A stretch of 59,700 nucleotides of DNA, counting the filler, from Sphacelaria rigidula (taxonomy: Eukaryota): assembly GCA_964200075.2 (NCBI GenBank). It is 10 parts of 10 records of this genome, joined end to end, with 100 filler letters (N's around TTAATTAATTAA, not from the genome) between each part and the next. Parts side by side here need not be neighbours in the genome. Positions count along the whole stretch, not along the records: positions 1 to 5,880 come from CAXNAA020023768.1; positions 5,981 to 11,860 come from CAXNAA020023769.1; 8 more parts are not named here. One strand, given 5' to 3'. This document shows positions 1 through 11,140 of this stretch, in pieces. The notes beneath the pieces were generated by a model that was given only the letters and a program-made list of their open reading frames with translations, made no database searches and had not been told where the DNA came from. The number at the start of each line of letters is the position of its first letter. Position 1 is the stretch's first letter. Both the position numbers and the translations under genes were made by a program.

Positions 1-76
1 TTCGAAGTACTTCGATGCTGAGGTATTTTGAACTACGGCGCGGTCCTCTAAGCACGCGGTCCTCTCACGCATTACA
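1..76. mobile_element. Right end of a TGT..ACA (Ginger-like) MITE
   Basis: ...gcggtcctctaagcacgcggtcctctcacgcattACA|ccgg; same terminal sequence as 316-525, 17064-17648 and 33399-34884. Confidence 0.7.
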
Positions 77-690
77 CCGGGTATATCTACAAGGGTAAAC
101 ACTAACCCTAAGTAGGGATATGACAAGCGTACAGAACTGACAGACCTACCCGGGTACCGGTAAAGAAGGCTTACAGAAGTTACAGAACTTGTCGGGTAGG
201 GCATGGAGGTTGCACAGAGATGCGTATTCGCAATCGGGTGATTTTATCAGGGTGTACCCGTGCCCCGGATAAGGGTTTGGAAGACTTGCAAAACTCGCAG
301 AACTATCGGTGAGAGTGTAATGCGTGAGAGGACCGCGTGGTTAGAGGACCGCGCCGTAGTTCAAAACACCTCAGGATTGACGTTTCTCAAAACTAATCGG
401 ATTAGTCTCTGCAGGAACATGCCCCTGACCCTAACCCCAGCCCTAACCCTAACCCTAACCCTAACCATAGGGGTGTTCAAATTCCGATGCGGTCCTCTAA
501 GCACGCGGTCCTCTCACGCATTACAAGGCTATAGAATCCCTACAGAAGTTACAGAACTATCGGGTACCGGTATGAAAGTTTCACAGAAGTCACATAATTG
601 TGGGGTACGAGTAATATCCGAGAAAATACCCCGGGCATACAAAAACGCGTATCCTACAGAACACAACCTTGCAAACAACGTGATTGTTAT
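77..690. repeat. Degenerate ~40-bp tandem repeat region hosting the MITE insertions
   Basis: Recurring CAGAAGTTACAGAACT.TCGGGTA(CC)GG motif at about 131-160, 171-200, 296-312 and 541-572. Confidence 0.5.
316..525. mobile_element. ~210-bp MITE with TGTAATGCGTGAGAGGACCGC TIRs and an internal telomeric (CCCTAA)n tract
   Basis: 316 tgtaatgcgtgagaggaccgcgtggttagaggaccgc is inverted relative to gcggtcctctaagcacgcggtcctctcacgcattaca ending at 525; ccctaa repeats at about 428-466. Confidence 0.75.
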
Positions 691-1615
691 ACTCTGCTCG
701 AGGTCTTTGCCGCCTGCCTGATCTGTCATGTGTTGCCAGCATGGCTTTACACTATCTGTAGTGCTGTTGTGGGGCACTAAGCAGGGACATCGGCAGCATA
801 CAGTGCAGTGTGTTCAGTGGAGAGTGGTGACACGCTGATTGTTTCTTCCCGTCGTATCCAGCGAAGACTTGGAGCACACATACTGACTCTGCGCGCAATT
901 GACTACGGGGTCAAAACCGGTCAGGGGTTCCCCGCAGCCGATTTTTCAATTTTCATGTAGATCTCAAACATCCACATGTTGATGAACGAACGCGTTTTTG
1001 TAGCGAGAAAAGAGGTGTTCTGGGCCCCAAATGTGGCATAGTACGCCTTAGTCCACCTGCAGGGGCGGGGGATGTATTCTTTCCTCTTTGTCATCTTAGG
1101 GTCCATGGTTGTCATTTTTTCGTATAGAAGTCCTGAATTTTCGGAGATCTCCACAGTTCGCAGAGGGTGGCGTTGGTATAGAGTTCAGGCGTGTGATTCA
1201 GCTATCGTTAGATCTCTCATCACAAAATGATTGCTGATCTCGTGGTTGGCTCGCCTTCGCCCACCCACCGCAGAAGGTCGATTTCACCGACCCACGGCGC
1301 TTTCTGTACACTCCGACATGCTCCAAGGTGTCGCTGGCGAGACTCCTGTTGACTCTCGATCCCTTGTGAGCACCGCGGCGTACACACAACGCAGCTCTCT
1401 GGAGTGACGCAGTGCCGCGGTGTAGTCCGAATAGTTCGGACTTCTCCGAACGTGACGCTCCGGAGAAAATTTAATTCGATTAAATTTTGGAGATTGGACA
1501 ACACAATACAATTGAATTAACTAAATGAAGTACATAGAATAGATTATGTACATAAAATAAAATGAAAATGGTCGAATAATATGAACTAAAGTAGATGAAA
1601 GCAAAATAAAAAAAG

Positions 1616-1978
1616 CCGGTCGCCCCGGTGACTCAATGGTAACCTCAAAACCTTATTCCGGCTAGATGATGGGTTTGAATTTCAGAGCGACCTGGGTCTT
1701 TTTCCCACACAATCCCCAACAGTGTAGAGTGACGCTGTCGTGGGTTCACAAACTTCGACTTGATGGTCGACGAGGGAAAGGGGCTGCTAAAGCCGTCTCG
1801 CGATCAAAGAGAAAGGCAAGCACCGCAGAAGGAAGGTGGAGAACCAAAACAAAGCAAAAAAAAAAAAACTCCTGTGACGGTCTTTCTCCTGTGTGACCCC
1901 GGCTGGTGCGCCCACATAGACCGAAAGGTGTAGACCGGCGTCCAGAATAGACGGGACGACAGCACAATACATACAACA
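1616..1978 (+). mobile_element. tRNA-derived SINE, copy 1
   Basis: Head ccggtcgccccggtgactcaatgg (A box) and gggtttgaatttc (degenerate B box); body aaggcaagcaccgcagaaggaaggt...accgaaaggtgtagaccggcgtccagaat matches 18130-18492 (-) and 38680-38880 (-). Confidence 0.75.
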
Positions 1979-2641
1979 AAGGAATGAGTCGGAAAAATTG
2001 GTTGAAAAGAGAATAAAAAATTGTACAACAACGAAATAACCCAGGGATAAATGAAAATATAGGACGGAAATGATCGAAAAAATGAGGGCAAGTTAGGATG
2101 ATGAATATGAATGATAAAAACAGTATATACACAACAGCTGAATACAACAAAAAGCAGCGACCTTGTTCAGGGTACGCTCTCTTGGGACAGCCTCTACCAT
2201 GGTTACGCTTGCAAGTGCCGCAACGTTGGCAAGGTACCACCTCATGTATCCTACGCCGAGAGCAAAATGTCCAGCTGTGGAGATGTCCACAAATTTCGGA
2301 GATACCCGAAAAACCAGCTTCGAAAGTATTGGCCAATAGTGGTTCGTGCCCCAACTTGTGACCCACTAGAGCTGGGGTTTCAGAAAAAGCGGGTGATGCG
2401 AGAAAAAACTGCGGCATCATTTGTTCCCAGTGCCATCCTCCTACAGTATGTACAACCCTATCCTTCCGAAACTTATTTCGCCAAACTGAACCGCGTTTTT
2501 ACCACAATACCCTTTTTTCACGCCCCCTCGCTCCACCTTCCCTCCGCTTCGTTGTCCTCTCACAGACGTACCTACAAAACCCGGCATCCGTTTTTTGTTC
2601 GTCTCTTGTCCACGACCACCGCAAAATACCACTCTAGAATC

Positions 2642-3070
2642 ATGGACTTCAAGGCGTTGAGGGGGGTTATTCTCGTTGGCCTCTTCCGCTGGGGCTCGAG
2701 CAGCACCTCCAGCATCGATTCTGCCACAAGCGGGGCGATCCCGAAACCTGAGTGCGATGACAGTGTGGGAGTTAGCTTCAGGTACGACGATGTCATCGTG
2801 GGAGTGAAGAACACCACGGGGAGCTTCAGCTACAACGTGGTGGTACTTGACACCGGAACGCCCTTCTACGTCGAAGCTGTGGATTTGGGGGACCGCGGGG
2901 GATGTGTCACCGTCGGCCAGATTTGGGATGTTCTCGGTGGGGTAACCGAGGAAAACACGTCTTTGCCCCTCTACCCCGTGGACCCCGATTCAGGTGCATA
3001 TATCAACGACATCACAGGCACCTGGCTGCTGGAGAGGGATCTGTACGTCCTGGATGGCATCACCCTTCAG
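2642..3070 (+). CDS. Mannuronan C-5 epimerase (alginate epimerase), first coding exon
   Basis: ATG 2642 to CAG|GTATGT donor at 3070/3071; signal-peptide-like start MDFKALRGVILVGLF; motif RGGCVTVGQIWDVL..PLYPVDPDSG..TGTWLLERDLYVLDGITLQ resembles the N-terminal region of brown algal epimerases; later exons are not recognisable in this fragment. Confidence 0.8.
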
Positions 3071-3212
3071 GTATGTCAGGTCCATTGGTCTTGGAAAAAG
3101 TGGCGCCGCGACTACTACCTGCTTCCCCCGCCCTCCCACCTGTGCATCGTCTCCCCAGCCCCCTCGTTGCATCAAGTACCTCACGCGGCTGTGAACCGCT
3201 TTTTCGTTTTTG

Positions 3213-3314
<102 letters not shown>

Positions 3315-4342
3315 GTTTGTTTTCTCATACAACCCCCTCTTCGAAAATCTAGCCCTCGTGGCCACTGAGTCATGGCACTACAAGGTAGAACACAAGGCAA
3401 ATATAAATAACATGTCCATGAACATGAAACCGTCGCACCTCGAAATGCAATGTTCTACTAATGTGTCACCGTAGAAATCAAATGCACAAACGTATACGTG
3501 CAGTTTTAAAAGATCAGATTGAGCACCAGAAGGTTTGGTACGAGGGCCCAAGAAAGATCGAGGGCAAAAACTCAAAGTAGGGGAACACACTCATATGTAT
3601 ACGGTGAAAAATAACACACGAAACATCAGAAGGTTTAGTATGGGGACCAAAGAAAGTACGAGGGTAAGGAACCGTTGTAGGGGAACTAACTACACAGGTC
3701 GGCCTGGAAAACGAGTCAGGAAAAACAACGTGAGGTAAGGCAAGGCGAGGATCAAAGGGTAAACAATGGGATCTAAGATCGAGCCTACCTCAAGGGGGAG
3801 AAAAAGGATAATATCAGGCAAACCAAAAAAAAAACTCACGTACAGCAGTAGGCGCCTGAACTGTTCAATTTACAATTTCCTTGTAATTCGCGGTTTTGTT
3901 CGACTTTTTCGCTTGCCACCGCTCACCACGCTGGGGATCTGAAGATAATAATATCCGCTGCACATTCCATGAAACAAAAACCATGTGATGAAACGAAAGT
4001 CATCTGTATTCAATATTGAGTGACGAGCCGAGCGGTCATCGGGCGTCCTGCCACGTTTCAGCCAAGACTCTGACTCTTCGGTATTTTCGGTCGATCGAGC
4101 GTGTCGCGATCGTATTTTCGACGAAGACATTCTCTTGATAAACGGGGTACCTACTCGTGTCGTCCAATAACACCAACTCAACACTAACTTGAGCACTGCA
4201 TTTTGAGGACGATCTGTTTATTTTACTATAATGTACCGACGCTAGAACGTTCGAGTTCTATCGACGAGTAGTACGCGAGAAAATCCCCAAAACAACCCTG
4301 AACAGTTGAAGCGCCTACTGCTGTAGCAAAAATTGAAAAAAT

Positions 4343-5210
4343 CACATGTGGCCAAGCGGCTCCCGCCCAGAGCAAAGTTGGTTTAAACCCTCAGCAGAGT
4401 ATTCTGGTGAAAGTACGCACGCTCTGTGCTGGTCTCTTCTGATACCTCTAGAGCATCTATCCCCAATCCTCTGCAACCCTCTGGAAGGCTTGTTGAGACA
4501 CGATCGGGAGCATTTCAGAGGACTGCAAATCCTCTGGAGTACGCCAAATCAACTCCTCCAGAGTGTTTTGTGGAAGGACGTGTAGTCGGTGCTGATCACT
4601 TTCGATTACTCTAGATTACTTTCAGTCCTCTGTGATCCTGCGAGGGGCTCGTTTGAATGTACTGTGGAGGATTGCAGGCGTTACGAACGCTCTCCATAAG
4701 GGGTACAAGTGGACATTTTGCTCTCGCCGCACGACACATGAAGGCGGCATATTGTAGAGCGTGTCTAAAGGGTCGCCAGAGGATCTCCTTCGGAGGGTGT
4801 TCCGAGGGTGTAGCAAAGTATCCACGTGTCGGTGGGCACTTGATCCTCCAGTTATTTTGTGAAAATACATGCACACGGCATTGATCGCTGCTAATAACTC
4901 TACAGGGTTTGTAATCCCTCAACGATCCTCTGGCGAGGCCGTGCGATCAGGAATATCCCTAGAAGAGGGGGACATTTTTGTATTCTATGCTCTTTTATAA
5001 ACCACACTATTCACTGTTCCCCTCGCTTCGACTTCCTCCGGAAGAGGATCTTTCTCACACCCTTTGGTGGCAGGCCCCCATCTACATCCTGTCAAGAGGC
5101 AACAACGTAAAACCCTTGAAAGAGTTCTGTCGAAAGCGTATCATCTGCCTTTGTCTGCTTGACATTGCTCAGGAGGAAATAGCATCGCTATACACCTGTA
5201 ACCCTCTGGT
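4343..5210. mobile_element. Degenerate CAC-terminated repeat rich in CCTCTGGAG/CTAGAGG motifs
   Basis: Start cacatgtggccaagcggctccc resembles 52092 cacatgcggccatttggctacc and 54611 cccacgcggccattcggctccc; right boundary uncertain. Confidence 0.4.
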
Positions 5211-5880
5211 GGTTTGCTGGAACGTGTAACCCTCACAGCGTTCGTGCTGAATTGTATCCCTCACATCTTCGACCGGCGCAACATGTTGTTTGCAATTACC
5301 TCTCTTCAATGTTATCCATACCGGTCTTCTTTGTCATGCTCATCGTCATTATACGCCGGCAATGTACAAGTCTTACTCCCGGGCCAAACTGCACTCATTT
5401 CCCCCTAAATACAGACGTACTGTCTTATGAGGAGACGTGTTGCTGTACTCCAACGCGCGAAGTACACCACAGCAGCGAAACCTCGTCCCTTGCGCCAACG
5501 CTTGGTACAACGCACGCTTCAAACCAACTGCTATCGCCTCTTGTGCCTTAGAAAACTATTGCCAAACGACGAAGACAGCACCAGACGTGATGGAGGCACC
5601 CCAGTCCTCCTCCATCCGACTACTGTACAGTATACTCAAAACTGCCGACACATTACTTTCATCCCTTCCACTATAGTGGTGAGCGTTACACATTCCAATG
5701 ACCCCCTCCCCTCCCCCACCGAGCATGTGTTCGGTAGAGTCTAGAGCTATATGGTTCGAGCACCCAATGCTCAACCAAAAACGTAGAAGGCACTCTCGCA
5801 CAGCGTTCGCTGTCGAAGATGAAGTAAAAGAAGCAGAAGTGTATTGTTGTATTTTATTGTCTAATTCAAATCAGACCGCC

Positions 5881-5980
5881 NNNNNNNNNNNNNNNNNNNN
5901 NNNNNNNNNNNNNNNNNNNNNNNNTTAATTAATTAANNNNNNNNNNNNNNNNNNNNNNNNNNNNNNNNNNNNNNNNNNNN
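5881..5980. other. Artificial 100-bp spacer (N44-TTAATTAATTAA-N44, stops in all frames); first of nine
   Basis: Identical spacers at 5881-5980, 11861-11960, 17841-17940, 23821-23920, 29801-29900, 35781-35880, 41761-41860, 47741-47840 and 53721-53820, exactly 5,980 bp apart, giving ten 5,880-bp fragments. Confidence 0.98.
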
Positions 5981-6100
5981 GAGACGTGTGTTGGCGACTT
6001 TCTTGGTTTGGGGGTCAAAGGGTGTGTCAAACGTCCCGAAAAGTGAACAATCCGTGGGCCAAAAATCTGTTTGCCATAACATCCAGCCTAAGGCCGACCC

Positions 6101-6561
6101 ACTCTAATGGGAACCGCTCAAAATTTTTGTCGAAAACTGCCTTTTGGGCCCTTCTCCGTTGGTTTTCGCCCGAAAAGAGGGCTAGGGGTATGTGAACGCC
6201 TTGGAATGACTTGCTCTACTCGTTGAGACCGTTCCAGGGCAACTCTGCATTTCCCGCTGACCGCACTTTTGTTTTTGGCCAAGTCAGGCCAAACACGGAT
6301 TTTCAGTAAGAGACGGCCAGGTGATAAAAAGTTCTCCCTGTTTTTTTATCGCTTGGCCGTTTTTTGTTGAAAACTTGTGTTTGGCCAAAAATGAAAGTGT
6401 GGCCAGCGGGAAATGCAAAGTTGCCCTGGAACGCCCTCAATGTGTAGAGTAAGTCATTCCAAGGCGTCAACATCCGCCTAGCCCTCTTTCAGGCGTAAAA
6501 CGACGGAGAAAAGTAAAAAAGGCAGTTTTAAACAAGAATTTTGAACCGCTCCCATTAGAGT
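6101..6561. mobile_element. Long fold-back (palindromic) MITE
   Basis: actctaatgggaaccgctcaaaatt..ccttggaatgacttgctctac..ttccagggcaactctgcatttcccgctg is mirrored by cagcgggaaatgcaaagttgccctggaa..gtagagtaagtcattccaagg..aattttgaaccgctcccattagagt; arms exceed 200 bp. Confidence 0.8.
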
Positions 6562-8014
6562 CGATCTAATGCAAAAGAGGTATCTCAAACTCGGGGATCC
6601 TGGCATATTGGACAGATAGTTCAGGAAGTCCTGGATTACGGGTTTGAGATAACTCAACGGAGATCCCGAAATGACATCAAGGATGCCCCAAATGGATCTA
6701 TGAGGAAGATCCTTCCCGGTTTATGGCCTGAAGGGGAACCAAGAACGGTGAAGAACGGTAAAGAACAGCTTTCATTTGACAGTTTCACCAACTCTTATGA
6801 TATTGCGCATGACCACGTCACGTTTTCGATTTTCATGGTTGGGAGTTGGAAATAACTTCGCGATCTTTCCTGGAAAAGAAGCAAAAAATTGATGTTCCGA
6901 GAGTCATCCCTCGAGGAAGATCCGAGAGTTTCAGTTGGATATTTGAGAAAGATCCATCCTCGTTTATAAAGGAGTCCTGTCATTTAGCTCGAAGCAATAA
7001 TAAACTAGGATTTTTGTCACTGTTTGTTGGGGCCTACGCTTCGGGGTATCGCAGCTGAAGTCACGACATACCGTCTACACACCCAAGGCTCCGCTGCATT
7101 GGTGGCATGAGGGACAGGAGTGAAACAGTTGTACTCCCCACAAGGAACTTATGTTGAGAAAAGCGCTGCCGCTTGTGTACATAAACGTGTAGTAGCCCAA
7201 GGCAACAAAGAATATATTGTAAACTAGAACAGAACATATCACGGTGACTGAATTATACTCTTCTCTTCGTCTGTTGTGTTGACAAGATTGGCACCGCCAT
7301 GTTCGCCGTACAGCCCGTAGCCTCCGTCCGCTACGACTTGAGCTTATACCTCTAAAATACACGCACAAGTGTCACTCACCCCAGCGTTGGTCATATGTTG
7401 TATCGGTATATTCCCAACCCTTCTACCGCGATGCGGGTACGTGGTACATCTGGATCGCACGAACGTTTTGGCAGACTGCATTTGGAGCGGGGCAGATTTG
7501 CTCGGTAGCTACCGGTCAGATCGCTCCATTTCGCTGTGGAATCGCCAGGAGAGTAGTCTAAGACCAGTGCTCGTGCGGTCTAATCTCGTAGCTTTCCAAC
7601 GCAATACACAATCATGAAAAGTACAATATAGTGCACTGAACACAATGCAGTAGTACGGTACAGTACAGGCCCCCAACTAGACTTCTACTGATTGTGCTAG
7701 CGTAATATCTGACATAATTTCACCCAGGTAGCATAAATAGCATGGCGTTTCAGTAAGTGGCATAATCGAATTTCCACATTAGGAGCATAATCGAGCATAA
7801 TTTTTCACCGTTGGGATGGGAACACTGGTCTTAATGCTGGCCTCCTGTGATATTCTAGGCGAAAACTCTACTACCATCGACCGCGGGTCTGAAATATGTG
7901 TATGCTCTGAAACGGGCCATTCAAACTGCGAGTCCGATCGATCGCAGTCTGAAAAACGTTTTCATAGAAGCACACGACACCAAACACGAACACGTACAGA
8001 GTACTGTACAGTAC

Positions 8015-8312
8015 AAACCCTGACCACCTCGCCCTCTGTTGTATTCAACGAGCACTGCCGCGGCAGTGCGATCACTAAGAGTCAGCTGCTGTCTACCATC
8101 CAGACGCGCCCGGAGGAAAGAGAACACTCGCTCTATAAAGAATGACGATAGCTGGATCAACGCCAGATCCATCGCCAAGCTGTGCCAAGCTGGCAGATGG
8201 CTCCTTTTGTCCCTTCAAAATGTCAATAGGTCATATTCAGCATCGATGTCGGATATTCGTCCCTTTCGATGACGAGCTTGTCGACACTGTCAATCGTCAC
8301 GAACGGAAACAC
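8015..8312 (-). pseudogene. hAT transposase C-terminal dimerisation-domain fragment, copy A
   Basis: ..AMDLALIQLSSFFIERVFSFLRARLDGRQQLTLSDRTAAAVLVEYNRGRGG; fits the hATC pattern L..P.SS...ER.FS. Confidence 0.7.
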
Positions 8313-8407
8313 TGTCAACTCTCACGTCGTCCTTCGTGTAGATATGTTGCTTCGTGTAGATATGTTGCTTCGTGTACGTGAAGTTCGCGAGCTTGGCAGC
8401 TTCGAAG

Positions 8408-8716
8408 AGTTTCATGTTTGTGCCGAACGACATTGTCGATAAGCTCATCATCGAAAGGGACGAATATCGCGTAGCGGCAACCGACGTCGATGCTGAATAC
8501 GACCTATTGACGTTTTGGAGGGGCAGCAGGAGCCATCTGCCAGCTTGGCACAACGTGGGGATGGACCTGGCGCTAATCCGGCCATCGTCATGCTTCATAG
8601 AGTAAGTGTTCTCTATCCTCCGGGGGTGCCTCGATAGTAGACAGGAGCAAACTCTTGATCGCATTGCCGCGGCAGTGCTCTTTAAATACGACAGAGGGCG
8701 AGGTGGGCAGAGTTTA
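8408..8716 (+). pseudogene. hAT transposase C-terminal dimerisation-domain fragment, copy B
   Basis: EYDLLTFWRGSRSHLPAWHNVGMDLALIRPSSCFIE*VFSILRGCLDSRQEQ; L.FW..LP..P.SS..ER.FS pattern with an in-frame stop. Confidence 0.75.
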
Positions 8717-10261
8717 TGAGCGGCATGGGGTATAGTGGTGGGTGGTAGTGGTGGATGGTGACTGGCGAGTGCAACTCCGCTGTTCAGTGGGAAATGTCGC
8801 AGTACCGTTGTGAAAAAGCGAAGCAAAGTGTATCAGCGTGTTGCTTTCGGCGTGTACTCGAGAACTTCAGTGAAGGGCATCTCGGAACCGTTCGGATGTG
8901 ACATGTGGGTGGTATGTGGAAAGTCCACGTATTTGTTTTTTTCATCTTGGCCTCCCATTCTTTTTGTGTGTTTTGGTTTGTACTTTCTCTGGCTACTCTA
9001 TTCTTGTTGTCTACTCCAGTATTTTTCTCGCTTTTTATTCCTTCGTGTGTTTCCTTTTTTGCATCTTGTTTCATGGGTTGTACCCATCTGGTGACCTCGG
9101 TTGAATTCGGAGTGGATCGGTCCATGCGAGACAATCGATCTAACAAGAGTTCATCCATTGAATAACAACTAATTCTATTTTTTGGGGTTAAACACTAGGA
9201 TGGGGTTCAAGCGACATATCCTTTTTGCAGAAATGGCACGAATCACTTACACCAAGGGAAACCATCTTCCCCCTCCTGAAATCTGGAGCAGTCAAGCAGT
9301 TGGGGTTAGGTGCACCGAACGAATGCGGTGTACACGCGTGTCGACGACTAAATCACCAGAGAGGGAACCCACGACAGAGAGGAAGCTCCTCGCCCGTATC
9401 CTGTGTGTGTCCTCGCTCGGCGATTCCAGTCGCTCGAGAGACTGGCATCATGCATGTTACCACCATCTACCCAATTTCGCATGTGCCGGTAGACAGGTTA
9501 TTGCTGCACAGCCCCCCAAAGAACATCGATGTGCCGAGGTGTCGTCTCTTCTTGTCTGTGGAGCTCACCAGTGCGAAGATCGATTTCTCTCTGCCTTTCT
9601 TTTCGGACAGCGCGCGCCGCTGTGCGCTGCAGGATTCGTCGTCGAAAAACCGGGCGATGTTTCCGTCGCCGTACTGTTCTCTGTCACACACATGCCATCA
9701 AGAAACGTGCTGCGGCAAAAACAGATCCAAGCGCAACTTGGGGGGTGTTATCCATTCTTGAGTTTCCCCGACATGTGACCCTGTGCGTGCGCGACGACAA
9801 GAGCGCTCCACACGCCAGTTGGGGGGGGTGTATGAGAGATCAAACACTTGTGGAGACCATCCTGTCATACGGAGAGAAAAATATACCTATGGTGATGACC
9901 CAACCGGTGCTGGCGTGGCGCATGGGGGTGCCCCTATGCTGCAATGCTGAGCACTTACCCATCCGCTGCGTGTGTCGCGGTGTCTTTCGTTAATTCCCAA
10001 GTGAGGAGATCATTCATTACAAGCTGGGTCAAGATATGTGTCACGAGGAACAAGATTGCACATTTAACCCCTGCCCTTTCTGAGGACGAGCCCGTGGTCT
10101 CACGGCATCATCCCATCTCTCCCTGGCACGCCTTGCATTTTGGTCTCGCGGATTGGATCAGAACTCCCGCACCGCGTCAACTCACGTCAAACAAACTCAG
10201 TCGACTACTTGGCTTACTTACATTCTCACGCTTTCCACGGTGGAAACCACATCCTACGAAG

Positions 10262-10341
10262 AAAAAACTCAACACATCGGGAATCGAACCCTCGTCCTCT
10301 CCATCCTAATGGCGACAGTTCGACCATTACACCCCTGGGGC
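10262..10341 (-). mobile_element. tRNA-like Pol III head of a probable SINE nested in the hAT element
   Basis: Reverse complement gccccaggggtgtaatggtcg..gagggttcgattcccgatgtgttgagtttttt has an A box (GGTGTAATGG) and B box (GGTTCGATTCC); acceptor stem does not close, so it is not a functional tRNA. Confidence 0.5.
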
Positions 10342-11140
10342 GCGGCAGCAGTTGCATTCAATCGTACTAATGCAGGTAGGTAGGACTTCGTGTATATACA
10401 TAACATGCATGTAGTGATCGGCGGGCCTGTATCCGATCGAATCATCCTTGTTGGATATTACGAGCATAATCGAGCATAAATTTCACGTTGAGAGCATAAA
10501 TCGAGCATATCTGTTTTGAAACTGCAAGCATAAATCGAGAACAAATTCCACTCTGTGAGCTTATTTTTTGTTGAGATTACTAGCATCAAAGAATGACCTT
10601 ACTAGCGTAATATGTAGAAGCGTACCCCCAACGCGCAACACCAGCAGGAGTGTCGCAGTAACGGACAGCGCGCTGTTCGTCTTACGGAAGACGAAACAGC
10701 CAACACACCCATGACGTGTTCAACAGTGTGCAGCAAGCACTACGTGCCGACTAACATTGCTTTCTGCGGAGACGAACACAACGACAATGTCGCAGCTCGC
10801 ATGCAATCCCACCTTCGCACGGCCTAAACACACCACAACAGTACAGGCAGTCGAAGCTTCAACACATGAGGAAGGCTTGAGTGTTTTTGCTGCGGTACAG
10901 CAGTGAAACACGACATGTCCTATGTTGAAGTCCTCCGTCTGATGTTGGAGAGGTCCTCAAATTTGGACCAGTGCCGAGTTTGAACGCTCGCCCATAGTCC
11001 GGCTTCTTTCAATTCACTTTGGGTCACCCTTATCTCTGTGGGGGAACTTTGGCTTGTGATACGGGCTTCGCCCGCTAATTTAATCAAGCAGATTCTGTCC
11101 CGGTACATCTTCAGTTTGCCTACGTTTTGAGGCTAGTTAA

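Larger units (their letters stand above)
7678..10624. mobile_element. Non-autonomous hAT-superfamily DNA transposon (2,947 bp) with 8-bp TSD
   Basis: Perfect 8-bp TSD CCCCCAAC at 7670-7677 and 10625-10632; TIR TAGACTTCTAC versus reverse complement TACGCTTCTAC; subterminal AGCATAA(A)TCG repeats at both ends; internal hAT C-terminal dimerisation-domain relics. Confidence 0.85.

Noticed and set aside
428..466. True telomere or chromosome end
   Set aside because: Only a few units, internal to a TIR-bounded element and flanked by ordinary sequence.
10262..10341. tRNA gene
   Set aside because: A and B boxes are present but the acceptor and anticodon stems do not form; treated as a SINE head. The same applies to about 18415-18492 and 1616-1690.
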